DNA of 64,000 bases from a virus (IMGVR_UViG_3300021964_000051:1786-65785), one strand, 5' to 3'; counted from the stretch's first letter, positions 47,802 to 57,943 are shown. Notes: a model not told the origin generated them from the sequence alone. Numbers and translations are program-made.

Positions 47802-49456
47802 TACTCTTCCTCCTGTGGTGAATCTTTGCCTTCAACTAAACTATCTAATTGCTTAACAATATCAAATAGTTGATTTTCTTTTTCTTTAAATTTATCAGAA
47901 ACTTCTTCAAATTCCATTAATTCATTAACTGGAATTGTAGGGAATCCTTCAAAGAAGCCATCAACAATAGTTGTTGCAGTTGGATTTTCTTCCATAAACT
48001 CTTTAAAACCCATGTTTATTTGTCCTTCAGATTTTCTTGAAATTTTAGACATAGCAGTAGTGTGTTTCCTCATATAAGGTAACAAAGTAATTCCTTTTGT
48101 TAAAAGTCTTTTAACTTCAGCAATAGGTTCCATTTGTCTAAAACGATTTAAATAACTATTGAATTTAGAAATAGTTTCATTACTATCAAAAATATCAACA
48201 TCTGCAATAACTCTATGGAGTTTTCTTTTTTCTGCTTTAATTTCTTTTTCTAATTCTTCAGTTGCTTCTTGAACATATTTTTCTTTGTTATTTTTAATAT
48301 CATTCATCATATCCATTAATTGTTTAATATTTTTGTCTCTTTTCTTTTTATTATCTCTTTTGTTTTTTGATTTACCAGAAGAGGCAATAACCGTTCTTAA
48401 TGAAGTATTTAGTTTTTGAATTTTCCTAGCAATAAGTTTATCTTTATCTGCAAGTATTTTTTCTAATTCTGCAATTTTTTCTTCATAAAATATTTTAGAT
48501 TGTTGAATTTCTCTTTTATCTTTTTTAATTCTATCAATTCTTCTTAATGCCCTTTCATATTCTGCATTTGTAGAGCCTTCTGTTCTTCTTCTCGCTCTTT
48601 GTAGCATTCTTAATCGTTCTGCTTTAACCTTGCCTCTAGGAACAAGATTCCTTGGTTGCCTTTTATATTTTTGAACATGAAGTAATCTAAACATTTCTAA
48701 GAAATCAATACTATCAACAACTGTTCCAGATTCTTCAACAGCCATTTCAAAATCAAGAATAGTATTAATATTAGATATTAGTCTATTAACATCAATATCT
48801 TCTCCTCTTTTAGTTTCTTCTCTTTCTTTTCTTGAAATAGTATAGGACTTACCTGTTAATATACCATCAACTAAGTATTCTCCATATTGTTCTTCTAAGT
48901 AGTCGGGATTATTCTTAATTGTTTGAAGTAAAGTAAGTAATTTAGAAGATTCACCTGAAGTTGCACCTAATCTTAAGTAATCTTGCATGGCTCCTCTAAC
49001 AGTTAGTTTATTTTCTTCTTTAACTACTTTAATTTTATCAGAATTTCTAACCATATCAATTAAAATATCAACTTGAAATTCAAGTTGTGAAAGAAACTTA
49101 TATGCAGAATCTTCTTTATTTTTTCTATCAACTGCTTCTCCTAATCTTCTTTCAGAAAGAACTCTTTTCCTAGCATCTTCTTCTTCAACTACACTATCAT
49201 AAACTTCATCAGCATCTTCTTCTTCACTTAATCTTTCATCAGCCCTTCTTGCGGCTTCATCATCTTCTTCTTCTTTAGCAATACGAATGTATTTACGATA
49301 GGAAATCATATTTTCCGAAGTGATATTATCCATCAATGATTTTTTAAGAATAGAAATACTTGCCCCTTCTTTAACTAAAGCAGCAGTAGTGTCATCTAAA
49401 TCAGCCTTTCTCAAGACATTTATCAAAGATTTGTCTTTGGCTAATTCGTAGAACAT
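47801..49456 (-). CDS. long charged coiled-coil protein
   Basis: 551 aa, rich in K/E/R. Confidence 0.75.
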   Translation of the reverse strand: MFYELAKDKSLINVLRKADLDDTTAALVKEGASISILKKSLMDNITSENMISYRKYIRIAKEEEDDEAARRADERLSEEEDADEVYDSVVEEEDARKRVLSERRLGEAVDRKNKEDSAYKFLSQLEFQVDILIDMVRNSDKIKVVKEENKLTVRGAMQDYLRLGATSGESSKLLTLLQTIKNNPDYLEEQYGEYLVDGILTGKSYTISRKEREETKRGEDIDVNRLISNINTILDFEMAVEESGTVVDSIDFLEMFRLLHVQKYKRQPRNLVPRGKVKAERLRMLQRARRRTEGSTNAEYERALRRIDRIKKDKREIQQSKIFYEEKIAELEKILADKDKLIARKIQKLNTSLRTVIASSGKSKNKRDNKKKRDKNIKQLMDMMNDIKNNKEKYVQEATEELEKEIKAEKRKLHRVIADVDIFDSNETISKFNSYLNRFRQMEPIAEVKRLLTKGITLLPYMRKHTTAMSKISRKSEGQINMGFKEFMEENPTATTIVDGFFEGFPTIPVNELMEFEEVSDKFKEKENQLFDIVKQLDSLVEGKDSPQEEE

Positions 49457-49465
49457 TTAACCACC

Positions 49466-49690
49466 TCAAAAGGGAATGTTTTCTTTCTTTCCTCTTTTCC
49501 TAGAAGGAAGGAGAATAACATCAGGATTATCAGCAGAAGAAGGTAAAGATTTATGAGAGGAATCTGGAGGAAGTCCAACAGACATATCTTTATTCTTTTG
49601 AACCTTATTATTTTCTTGAGCCGTCATAGCCTTAACTTTGGCTAACTCTTGAGTCAATCTTCTTTGCTTTTGGTGTAAATCTTCGCTCAT
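49466..49690 (-). CDS. hypothetical protein
   Basis: 74 aa with a GGAGG RBS. Confidence 0.65.
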   Translation of the reverse strand: MSEDLHQKQRRLTQELAKVKAMTAQENNKVQKNKDMSVGLPPDSSHKSLPSSADNPDVILLPSRKRGKKENIPF

Positions 49691-50016
49691 AGTTTTTCCT
49701 CCAATGTTCCCTGTGTTCTTTCTAAAATAGCAATGATTTGTTCTTTGGAAAGGCTTTTAATATAATTAGTAGCCCTATCAATTAAATCTTCTCTTGTCAT
49801 TTCAGCAAGATTAGACATATCTTCTTCAAAAACCATATCTAAACTATCCACTCTTCCTCTTGGATTTAGGTCAGCAATAGGATTTCCTCCCTTCATTCTT
49901 GTTTGAGTGGGTCTTTTGACCTTATTACTCAAAACCTTTTCAGGGATTTCTTTACCCCCTCCAAGTTTGCCTTTTCTATCTCTTACTGCTTTTAAAATAT
50001 TTTCCCAATTATTCAT
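49687..50016 (-). CDS. WxxILK-leader protein
   Basis: Starts MNNWENILKA immediately after the portal stop. Confidence 0.7.
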   Translation of the reverse strand: MNNWENILKAVRDRKGKLGGGKEIPEKVLSNKVKRPTQTRMKGGNPIADLNPRGRVDSLDMVFEEDMSNLAEMTREDLIDRATNYIKSLSKEQIIAILERTQGTLEEKL

Positions 50017-50017
50017 C

Positions 50018-51658
50018 TTAATCAACTCTCCTTTCGGTTCTGTTGTCATTGTTTTGATTACCTGCATCTAATGGTAATCCCGAAAGTCTCTTATCGGGTG
50101 CTACGCTCATCCTGCTTTTATTCCTTGTGGCGGGTGGGTTCTCTTGAGGTTTCCCTCCGCCTTCCATAGCCTGTTCTTGCATCTGCCCTAGTTGTGAAGC
50201 ATCAATATTTGTTCCTGCATAGGGGTCAGGAGCCGCTTGTTCTCCTTCACCTTCTGCTGGCGGTTTTTCTTCGGGTTCAGGTTTCTTAAAAGTAAAGTTA
50301 CCATCTTCATCCATATCAACATCAAATCCTAAATTTTTAGTTGATGCTGCGATATTAACTTCTATTTCACGCTTACGAAGAACAGCAATTTCATCTTCTT
50401 CTTCGCTCGGTGGTAATTTCAAATCCCAATCTGTAATTCCAAATTGTTTAACAAGGAACGGAAATACATAATTATTATACACAGTTTGTGCTTTTTGAAC
50501 TGCACGATTTGTTACGAGGATTTGCATACCTTCATTGTTTAATCCACCGCTTGTAGTGTTATCAGCCATGAATACTTTACTTACACCATAGAACGCTGAA
50601 ATTCTATCTCGCAAATCATCTTTAACAGAAACATAATCCATTTCCTTAAGACTATCCATGAACTTAATCCATTCAACTGCTCCCTTACCACTTTCTGCTT
50701 CAATTCCCATAACTGGGATAAAATGAGGGTCAGCCTCCATTTTTTCTTTTACTGAACGCCAAAAAGAACGCATTGAGTCCATATTTCTAGTTTGAACTGC
50801 AAGTAATCCTCTCGGCATTCTGCTCTTAGTATAAGATTGATTAACATAGTTTTCCATAGCAATAAGAGTCATAATATTATTAAATAAAGTAATAACAGGA
50901 GACATACCATAAAGACGAGAAGGACTATATTTACTAAAATGTAATACTTCTCCCTTTAAAAAGTGCTGGTCTTCCCCATTTACTCTATTAACATAATGAA
51001 TAGGAAATAAATTACTATCACAGACTTCACATCTTTCGTGAGGGTCAGGATGAATGACTCCACGATGATTTACACAAGTGAAACCTTTAGTTCCTCTTTG
51101 TCCATTTTCATCACTATAAATAAACATAGTAACTGGGTCGCCACGATAAATTTCTTTAATTCTATGCATTCTAATTTTACCATTACCATCAATAAAATAT
51201 TCTTTAACCAAAACAATGTAAGCATCGTCCATGATATTTAAATCATCTTCAAGTTCTTGAAGAACATCAATAAATAGTTGTTCAGATTTATTAACATATC
51301 CTTCAATGAATCTTTCAGCATATTCTAATTGTTTAACATCAGGAATTTTTAAATCAGGACTTTTACAACGAGAACATTCTTGAACAGGTCTTTTATGTTC
51401 TTTTCCACAAGAATTACATAGTGCTTCATAAGACTTTTCCCAAACATATCCTCTTCTAAAAACTTCTTGTTTTAGTTGAGTAATACAAGTTCTAGCAATA
51501 ACAGATTGATTAACAATATTATAGATAATTGGGCCAGTCATCATGTGATTGGTTTCCCTTTCTTGGATGCCCATATTGAAAACTTTTCTATCAGCAGGTT
51601 TAGGAGTTTGCCTCCTAAAGAGGTTACTAAAACTAAATCTTCTGCTATCTTCAGCCAT
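50018..51658 (-). CDS. portal protein with two zinc-ribbon insertions
   Basis: EVLHF..YGMSP, MPRGLL and ISAFYGVS portal motifs; CNSC..CSRC and CVNH..CEVC inserts. Confidence 0.9.
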   Translation of the reverse strand: MAEDSRRFSFSNLFRRQTPKPADRKVFNMGIQERETNHMMTGPIIYNIVNQSVIARTCITQLKQEVFRRGYVWEKSYEALCNSCGKEHKRPVQECSRCKSPDLKIPDVKQLEYAERFIEGYVNKSEQLFIDVLQELEDDLNIMDDAYIVLVKEYFIDGNGKIRMHRIKEIYRGDPVTMFIYSDENGQRGTKGFTCVNHRGVIHPDPHERCEVCDSNLFPIHYVNRVNGEDQHFLKGEVLHFSKYSPSRLYGMSPVITLFNNIMTLIAMENYVNQSYTKSRMPRGLLAVQTRNMDSMRSFWRSVKEKMEADPHFIPVMGIEAESGKGAVEWIKFMDSLKEMDYVSVKDDLRDRISAFYGVSKVFMADNTTSGGLNNEGMQILVTNRAVQKAQTVYNNYVFPFLVKQFGITDWDLKLPPSEEEDEIAVLRKREIEVNIAASTKNLGFDVDMDEDGNFTFKKPEPEEKPPAEGEGEQAAPDPYAGTNIDASQLGQMQEQAMEGGGKPQENPPATRNKSRMSVAPDKRLSGLPLDAGNQNNDNRTERRVD

Positions 51659-51711
51659 TGATTACACCCCCTGTTTAAAGCCTACGCTATTCCTGCCTAT
51701 CAACGCTTCGG

Positions 51712-51951
51712 TTAGGGTCGTCCACTATCCTCAACATCATACCTTTCATTACTTGAACGAAGCATTTCTTCAAGAATACCCTTTAAACACATAACTTGCT
51801 TTTCAGGGCGTTTATATCCAAGTTTAAGATAGTAGATGACCATTCTTTTATTAATATCAGATAAATTACTAAAGCGAACATATTTAGTTCTATCTTTTGG
51901 TAATTTATCAGAAACAATTCCTTCTTTTAATTCTTTCCAAGTCATTGACAT
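51712..51951 (-). CDS. hypothetical protein with a W..LK leader variant
   Basis: MSMTWKELKE; GGTGA RBS. Confidence 0.6.
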   Translation of the reverse strand: MSMTWKELKEGIVSDKLPKDRTKYVRFSNLSDINKRMVIYYLKLGYKRPEKQVMCLKGILEEMLRSSNERYDVEDSGRP

Positions 51952-51956
51952 TAATA

Positions 51957-52244
51957 TCACCACAATTTTTTACAGGCTAAACATTTAGGAGTAGTAATTC
52001 TTCCTTTACATTGGTCACAGTTATGTCGTGCTTTGAAATTAGCACGACGCTTTTTGTTAGTATGTGTTCCGCCACCACGATTCTTTCCTTTTCCTTTGTA
52101 ATTACCATAACCCTTCGCACCAGCATGAATTTTCTTTCCTTCGTGAGTAAGCATCATAATTTTCTTACCTTCCCTATCAGAAGCATAAACACGACCAACT
52201 CTCATATCTTTTTTGTCTTTCTTTAAAATTTCTTCCCATACCAT
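51957..52244 (-). CDS. basic small protein with a WxxILK leader
   Basis: MVWEEILKK; GKK...IHAGAKGY...RRANFKARHNC pattern, recalled from widespread marine-virus basic proteins. Confidence 0.7.
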   Translation of the reverse strand: MVWEEILKKDKKDMRVGRVYASDREGKKIMMLTHEGKKIHAGAKGYGNYKGKGKNRGGGTHTNKKRRANFKARHNCDQCKGRITTPKCLACKKLW

Positions 52245-52255
52245 AATATCATCTC

Positions 52256-52420
52256 CTAATAAGGCTTTGTCCATAATTTTGCTTCATCAATTTTACAAGT
52301 CCAACAGCGTTTGGAAATAGTTTCTTTTTTACATTTTCTACAAACGGTTGCGTATCTAATTTTTTTAGGCAGTTTTGTTCTTACTCTATGCTTAAAAACA
52401 TCATAATGTCTGCGAGGCAT
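52256..52420 (-). CDS. 54-aa basic zinc-finger microprotein
   Basis: Translated by hand as MPRRHYDVFKHRVRTKLPKKIRYATVCRKCKKETISKRCWTCKIDEAKLWTKPY; fills the gap between its neighbours. Confidence 0.65.
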   Translation of the reverse strand: MPRRHYDVFKHRVRTKLPKKIRYATVCRKCKKETISKRCWTCKIDEAKLWTKPY

Positions 52421-52795
52421 TCAACCTTTCCTCCTTTTATAAGTTTTACAAGCGGCACAGGTTGGTCGGCATCTTTGCTTTGTTCCTTTAGAAGCATCCT
52501 TTCTTCCGCAAGGTTTTGTTCCTTCCTTATCATCTTCGCAAGATTGACAAGAAACCCAACCTTTCTGTCCATCTCCACCTCTTCTTGAAAACCAACCGTG
52601 AAGTCCTTCCTCTTTTTCTCTTTTGAAATTATCTCCGCCTTTTTTTACAGAATTACCCCAATTCTTTGCACCGACCTTTCGGCATTGAACCAAAGCACCT
52701 GAAGCATAAGCAGAAGGCCATTTCTTATAACGACTCCGCACCTTATGATAACAGGCATCTTTTTCCTTTATGAGTTCTTCAAACCATAAGGACAT
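52421..52795 (-). CDS. basic Cys-rich protein with a W..LIK leader
   Basis: MSLWFEELIK; DACYHKV..RY..WPSAYASGALVQCRK and L..WF...GWV..KPCGR modules recalled from marine phages. Confidence 0.72.
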   Translation of the reverse strand: MSLWFEELIKEKDACYHKVRSRYKKWPSAYASGALVQCRKVGAKNWGNSVKKGGDNFKREKEEGLHGWFSRRGGDGQKGWVSCQSCEDDKEGTKPCGRKDASKGTKQRCRPTCAACKTYKRRKG

Positions 52796-54419
52796 TTAAA
52801 TCACCCTTCCAAACGCTTCCTTTTTCTTCCACATATAACTTAATATATGTATGCATTCTTCCTATCGCATAATTGTAATTATTTCCTGATTCATACATAT
52901 AATCTGCTATTTTTAATTCATGTAAAATTTTATTAAGTCTTTCATTGTCGTGTGATTTTCCTCTATTTAAAGATAAAATGTTTTTTGCTGTTTTAATAAT
53001 ATGTTCTACTGCGCTATCATCTAATCCTTTCTTTTGTCTTAAATAAGGCGTGGAACTTTTAATAACTGTTCCGATTTGTTCAAGCGAATCCATCACAGAA
53101 ATTTTACAATTATCTTTATATTTTTGAATATCGTCAAGATTAATATTTTCTTTTGTCCAATCAAATCCTACATGGTCTTTATGATTTTCCCACTTCATTA
53201 ATTTAAAAATTTCATCACATCTATTTTTATACCAGTCTGCTTTCTTGTATGATTTCTTCATACGAATCAATTCAAGAAGCAATTCAGCATTACCTTTCTT
53301 TAATCTAAAATGAGGTAAGCATTTTGTTAAAAGATTAGAAACATCTGCCTGTGAATAAAAATTTAAACGATTAATAAGACGAGTATCTTGTGGTGATTTT
53401 TGGTCTAAGTGCATACGGCCAAAACCAATTGATTTGTGCATTTCTTGCATAAAAGCCTTACCTCTTTCACCAGTAGCAACTAAACCTACTCTTGGGTTCA
53501 TATTACGGTCAAGAGTAATATAACCATCAGAGTCAATAAACGCAGCAGTATAAGCCCAAATATTTTTCTTTATCATTGAAGGAACTTTATAGTAAGAACC
53601 CTTCACAGAAACAATATCTAGTTTTTTAATTGCCTTTGAGATAGAATTAGGGCTTGCCGCTTTATGTAAAGTAGAAGGCATTCTTTCGTGAATACTTGAC
53701 GCATTAATTCCTGGATTTTCACAAACCATTTTGAGAATAAAATCATTTTGTCTTTCATTTTTTGATTTAGTAAGTGATTGGTCAGTAATTTTGTTAATTG
53801 CTCCTCTAAAATCTTTTTTAGCAGAACTCATAGTTTTATGTAAATCAGAATATTTTTTTCCATAAGCCATTCCTGTTTGCTCAATTTCTGCCTCCCAAAA
53901 CTTACAAAGAGCATCAATAGTCTCTCTTCTTAATTCAGCACTTTTCATCTTATGGAGTTTTGACAAATCTTTTTCGTTATAGCGCATCTTTCTAAGTGGA
54001 ATCTGATAATCATTTAACCAAGTTATAGAATCAATACACTTATTTAAATGGTCAGTATAAGCATCAATCATTGTATCAATTGCTTTTGACATTCGTGTTC
54101 GGTGTTCTCCTTTTAATGCACGACGAGCCTTTCTCATCTTTCTAACTAAATCGGGAATAGTATGTTCTTGAACAATGTATTCATTAGGAAATTCAGTTAA
54201 TCTTTTTCTTGCATCACTAGCATTAATGTTAAAAGAATTAGATAATTTAACGATTTCTTCATGCTCAGACATTACATAAGAATTACTAAAAACACTCTTT
54301 AATTCAGTATCTAATTGTTCCTCTATGGTATCTTTGACACTCTCTTCTTCTTCGTCTAAATCGGCCAAACGGTTCATTTGTTCAGCCGCTTGTCGGTATT
54401 TATCTGCCTGTTCTGTCAT
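52779..54419 (-). CDS. multidomain protein: helical N-terminus, HTH-like segment and LAGLIDADG endonuclease domain
   Basis: YTAAFIDSDGYI (LAGLIDADG helix), LPHFRLKK, and NPGINASSI...SISKAIKKL (HTH-like). Confidence 0.8.
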   Translation of the reverse strand: MTEQADKYRQAAEQMNRLADLDEEEESVKDTIEEQLDTELKSVFSNSYVMSEHEEIVKLSNSFNINASDARKRLTEFPNEYIVQEHTIPDLVRKMRKARRALKGEHRTRMSKAIDTMIDAYTDHLNKCIDSITWLNDYQIPLRKMRYNEKDLSKLHKMKSAELRRETIDALCKFWEAEIEQTGMAYGKKYSDLHKTMSSAKKDFRGAINKITDQSLTKSKNERQNDFILKMVCENPGINASSIHERMPSTLHKAASPNSISKAIKKLDIVSVKGSYYKVPSMIKKNIWAYTAAFIDSDGYITLDRNMNPRVGLVATGERGKAFMQEMHKSIGFGRMHLDQKSPQDTRLINRLNFYSQADVSNLLTKCLPHFRLKKGNAELLLELIRMKKSYKKADWYKNRCDEIFKLMKWENHKDHVGFDWTKENINLDDIQKYKDNCKISVMDSLEQIGTVIKSSTPYLRQKKGLDDSAVEHIIKTAKNILSLNRGKSHDNERLNKILHELKIADYMYESGNNYNYAIGRMHTYIKLYVEEKGSVWKGDLNVLMV

Positions 54420-54428
54420 ATAAATACC

Positions 54429-55859
54429 TCAAAAGTTCAAGCCTATGGTGGACGAAAAGCCCTGTTGTGGTCGTTGTGGCTCATCACCAAACAGTCCTAA
54501 ATCATCAAGGAGTATGAAGTTATCCGAGGCTTGGTATGTGGCCGCATTTGCTAAAGCAAGGCTCATCACCATGTCGTCATGCGCCCCAATTCCCTCAAAC
54601 TTTCCTCGTTCAGTAATCGCAAACATTGACATTTCTTCAATCAATAATGAAGAAACTTTTCTACTCTCTTCGTTGCCGTATGGAAAGTTAATCTTTCCAT
54701 TTTCAAGAGTCATCTGTAAATTAAGAATAATCTCCTGTTTCTTTCTTCGGGTTGTATCAAAATCATGAACATTTACATCAGCAACTTGCCGAAGTTCTTG
54801 AGTAAAGGATTTAGCAAATGTGTTTGTTTCAAACAGAATAACTTCTGGTCTAAAGACCTGATTTAGTAATTTTACCTTTTGAATGTTTTCACGAAACTGA
54901 ACATTTTTTGCTCTATCAACATAGACAATAGATTTATTTTCATTAGCGTCCATTTCAATGACAGTAATAACATTATAGTCGCCATCTGTTGAAATAGCAG
55001 GGTCTACGCCAATAAAATACTTATATCCTTCACGCTTCAAAGGCTTCAATACTAAGTCTTTATTCTTAGCATTCTCTAAATGTTCTGGACTAAACAAAGA
55101 AGTTCCTGTTGAAATCGGAACACACATATATTCTCTTGTGAACATCAATGAACCAACTTCCGCCTTACGAGCCATTAATGCTTCATAGTTCCAACGCTCA
55201 GGCCATAGCGGTTCGTTTAGTGCGTTTAAACAGGGGTAAGTTCTAACAGTATAAGCAGTATTTTCTGCTAATTGTTGGTAAATATCTGTATAACTGAAAG
55301 GAGTTCCAATGACACGCAAAGAAGCGGTGTGGTGAAGAGTAGGAATCATATCACCATAAAACCAATCAGTCACTTTTTGAATACCTGTCATACTAAACTC
55401 TTTCAAAGGGTCGTCAATAATAATTTCTTGAGGGTGAAGCCCACGAATCTGCGAACCAACCGACCTCTCAAGGATTTGGTTTCCATTGGTTAATGTAATG
55501 TTTCCAATAGCCCAACCTCTTGCGGGTTTAAACTTCTTAAGCATTGGATGGGTGAACATTTTATCAATGTCTCTCATGTGAACGAGAGTCTGCTTTTGGT
55601 TAGAAGAAATATAAAGCATTTGATATGGTGGCTCTTCAAAAATTAACTTCCATACAACCCAACTGTGCATAAATACAGATTTACCGTGGTCACGGGAACA
55701 AATAATAACTGTTCTTTGGGTAGTGTTCATTAATTCGTGCCATTCTTGAATATAGGAAGGAAAGTCAAAACCTAATACATTTTGAAAGAAATACGGAAAT
55801 GAATTGCGGGACAATTGCATATCCATTTCGTGTTCAAAATTGAAGGCTTCTAATTCCAT
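54429..55859 (-). CDS. terL: terminase large subunit
   Basis: Walker A SRDHGKS, RG motif, Walker B IIIDD, IGTP, nuclease GVDPA and HDDMVMS. Confidence 0.95.
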   Translation of the reverse strand: MELEAFNFEHEMDMQLSRNSFPYFFQNVLGFDFPSYIQEWHELMNTTQRTVIICSRDHGKSVFMHSWVVWKLIFEEPPYQMLYISSNQKQTLVHMRDIDKMFTHPMLKKFKPARGWAIGNITLTNGNQILERSVGSQIRGLHPQEIIIDDPLKEFSMTGIQKVTDWFYGDMIPTLHHTASLRVIGTPFSYTDIYQQLAENTAYTVRTYPCLNALNEPLWPERWNYEALMARKAEVGSLMFTREYMCVPISTGTSLFSPEHLENAKNKDLVLKPLKREGYKYFIGVDPAISTDGDYNVITVIEMDANENKSIVYVDRAKNVQFRENIQKVKLLNQVFRPEVILFETNTFAKSFTQELRQVADVNVHDFDTTRRKKQEIILNLQMTLENGKINFPYGNEESRKVSSLLIEEMSMFAITERGKFEGIGAHDDMVMSLALANAATYQASDNFILLDDLGLFGDEPQRPQQGFSSTIGLNF

Positions 55860-57937
55860 TAATACGCCTCCTCAAGTAATTTATCTACTTCTTCTTTTTG
55901 TTTTTTACCGATAAAAATGTTTTTCTTTCTATTATCTAAAATAGTCTTGTCAATCATCGGTCTTACATGGCCTATGGGTAATCGCCAGTTAAGTTTTGTT
56001 TGTAATATTTTATCTATTCTGTCTCTTGCATTTTGCTTTCTCTCAGCAGGAGATAGTGTTGAAGAAACGGCTGGTTTAGTTTCAGGCTTTTCTTCTTTTG
56101 GTTGTGTTTCAGGCTTAACTTTACCTTGCTTAAATGCTTCTAGGCTTGTTAAAAGTTTATTTTTCTCTTCTTCTGTCATTTTTTTATTACGGACTTCTTC
56201 TAATAATGCTGCCCCTAACTGCTGAATTGCTAATTGTGGGCCTAAACTACTCATAGTGACTCCATATTTATCTAATACTTCTTTTACTTCTGCAAAGGTT
56301 TTTTGAGGAATAACTTCTTCTTCCCACATAGGGTATTCATCTTTTACATCTCCCCTTTTATATCCAGCATCTTCATCAGAATATTGATGTTTAGGTTTTC
56401 CATAATCACCGTCATAAATTGTAGTGAAAACTACTGCTAAATCATAAGGATTTGTTGCTTTACCTGCACGAGAACTAGTTTTTGCCTGTTGTGGTAGGGT
56501 ATCTCCTTTACCAAGCATTTCAAAAACAATTATTTCATTTCTGTTAGGTTTAATATAAAACCAACCATGTTTAGAAGAAGGAGGATTACTTAAAATCTTT
56601 TTTGCGAACATATCTAAATCTTCTTCTGTATATATGTCAGTATTTTTAAGATATTGTTCACCCCTATAAATGTAATGCCCACTAACATAAACTCTTTCGT
56701 TTGTTGGAACATCTTCGTCCTTTTTAGCATCTCTCATAGAAACAGGTGCTTTACTTTTATATCCGCCAGCATCATGTGGCTTATAAAAGTCAAAATCAAC
56801 ATAACTACTATCTGGCCTCCACTTAAGAATATCTTTCCAAGACTTCTCAAAAGTTGGGAAAATATTCTTTGGTTCTTTTGGTAGTCTCCTATTATTTGGT
56901 TTTCTTCCCAATCCTCTCACCCCATATTTTCCATGAATGTTAAGAAATTTTCTTCCTTTTGGAATACCTTGTCCTCTTTTGACTTTACCGACCATTTCTT
57001 TGCTAACGCCTGTAAAAACAATAGCAGTTTCAAATCCTTCCAAATTAAGTTTCTTATCTGCGGTTGCTGTGTAAGGCTCTCCTTGTTTGATAACATCAAT
57101 CATAACATAAGTATTGTCTTGCTTTACATTTGTTCCAAAGAACCAGTATTTTCCTTTCTTTAGATTCATCTCAGTTAATTTTTCTAACCAACCTTTCATT
57201 AAAGTAGTCCCTGCATTTGGTATTCTGTCGCTAACCTGTCTTAAATATTGCTGAGAGACAAATGCCTTATATTCTGCTTTACCCTTTGACTTAATATTTT
57301 TGTCTTTAAATCTGTCTCTTGTTCCTAAGTCGGGTGCAGGTTCTCCCAACTCAAAATCATCCCAAGTGTTATCGGGTAAGTATTTGAGAAGATTAAACCA
57401 AGCAGGAGCAGGGTCGTCAAGATAGATACACTTAGCAAACTCACCCTTACCACGAATAGAACGAATAGCCCAATTACCATTAGGATATGCACTATTCCAT
57501 TCATTAACTACTGATTCGGGAAGCATTTGTTTTGCTTGTTCCCAATTCTCGCTATCTGGAAAAATCCATCCATTCTGTTTTGCAGTAGAAATCCAACGAG
57601 CATTATTACCATCCCTATGTCCAAAAGCAGCAACTAAAGGTTTAGATTGATTTAACTGTGGCTCTCTCGCATCCTGTAATGCACGATTATTTCCACCTAT
57701 TTCTCTTCCTTTAGCACTAGCATACATTCCACCAACAACAGTATGTGATGGGTGTTCTTTGAAGCCGACTGTTGATATTGCTTTATTATCATCATCAACA
57801 CGAATAAGCCAGTTATCTAAAGCATAAAGACCAGTTTCTAAATCCTTTCTGCGAGTATAAGGGTCGTCAGGGTTATCCTGAGCAAACCTTCTTTTCATAT
57901 CTTCATATGAAAATATCGCAGGAAGAACCTTAACCAT
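55859..57937 (-). CDS. modular protein (GNAT-like N-terminal domain plus two related domains) with internal WxxLLK/WxxILK motifs
   Basis: VGGMYASAKGREIGG resembles GNAT motif A; WFNLLK and WKDILK precede domains 2 and 3. Confidence 0.7.
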   Translation of the reverse strand: MVKVLPAIFSYEDMKRRFAQDNPDDPYTRRKDLETGLYALDNWLIRVDDDNKAISTVGFKEHPSHTVVGGMYASAKGREIGGNNRALQDAREPQLNQSKPLVAAFGHRDGNNARWISTAKQNGWIFPDSENWEQAKQMLPESVVNEWNSAYPNGNWAIRSIRGKGEFAKCIYLDDPAPAWFNLLKYLPDNTWDDFELGEPAPDLGTRDRFKDKNIKSKGKAEYKAFVSQQYLRQVSDRIPNAGTTLMKGWLEKLTEMNLKKGKYWFFGTNVKQDNTYVMIDVIKQGEPYTATADKKLNLEGFETAIVFTGVSKEMVGKVKRGQGIPKGRKFLNIHGKYGVRGLGRKPNNRRLPKEPKNIFPTFEKSWKDILKWRPDSSYVDFDFYKPHDAGGYKSKAPVSMRDAKKDEDVPTNERVYVSGHYIYRGEQYLKNTDIYTEEDLDMFAKKILSNPPSSKHGWFYIKPNRNEIIVFEMLGKGDTLPQQAKTSSRAGKATNPYDLAVVFTTIYDGDYGKPKHQYSDEDAGYKRGDVKDEYPMWEEEVIPQKTFAEVKEVLDKYGVTMSSLGPQLAIQQLGAALLEEVRNKKMTEEEKNKLLTSLEAFKQGKVKPETQPKEEKPETKPAVSSTLSPAERKQNARDRIDKILQTKLNWRLPIGHVRPMIDKTILDNRKKNIFIGKKQKEEVDKLLEEAY

Positions 57938-57943
57938 CAAACA

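Noticed and set aside
51659-51711. Promoter upstream of the portal gene (also considered 40092-40151)
   Set aside because: Only weak TATA-like words (CTTTAAAC, GTTAAG), too ambiguous to call.
40470-54435. Repeated TGAGGTG(A/G)TT-like sequences at gene junctions
   Set aside because: Explained by stop codons overlapping the archaeal Shine-Dalgarno GAGGTGA; not a distinct element.
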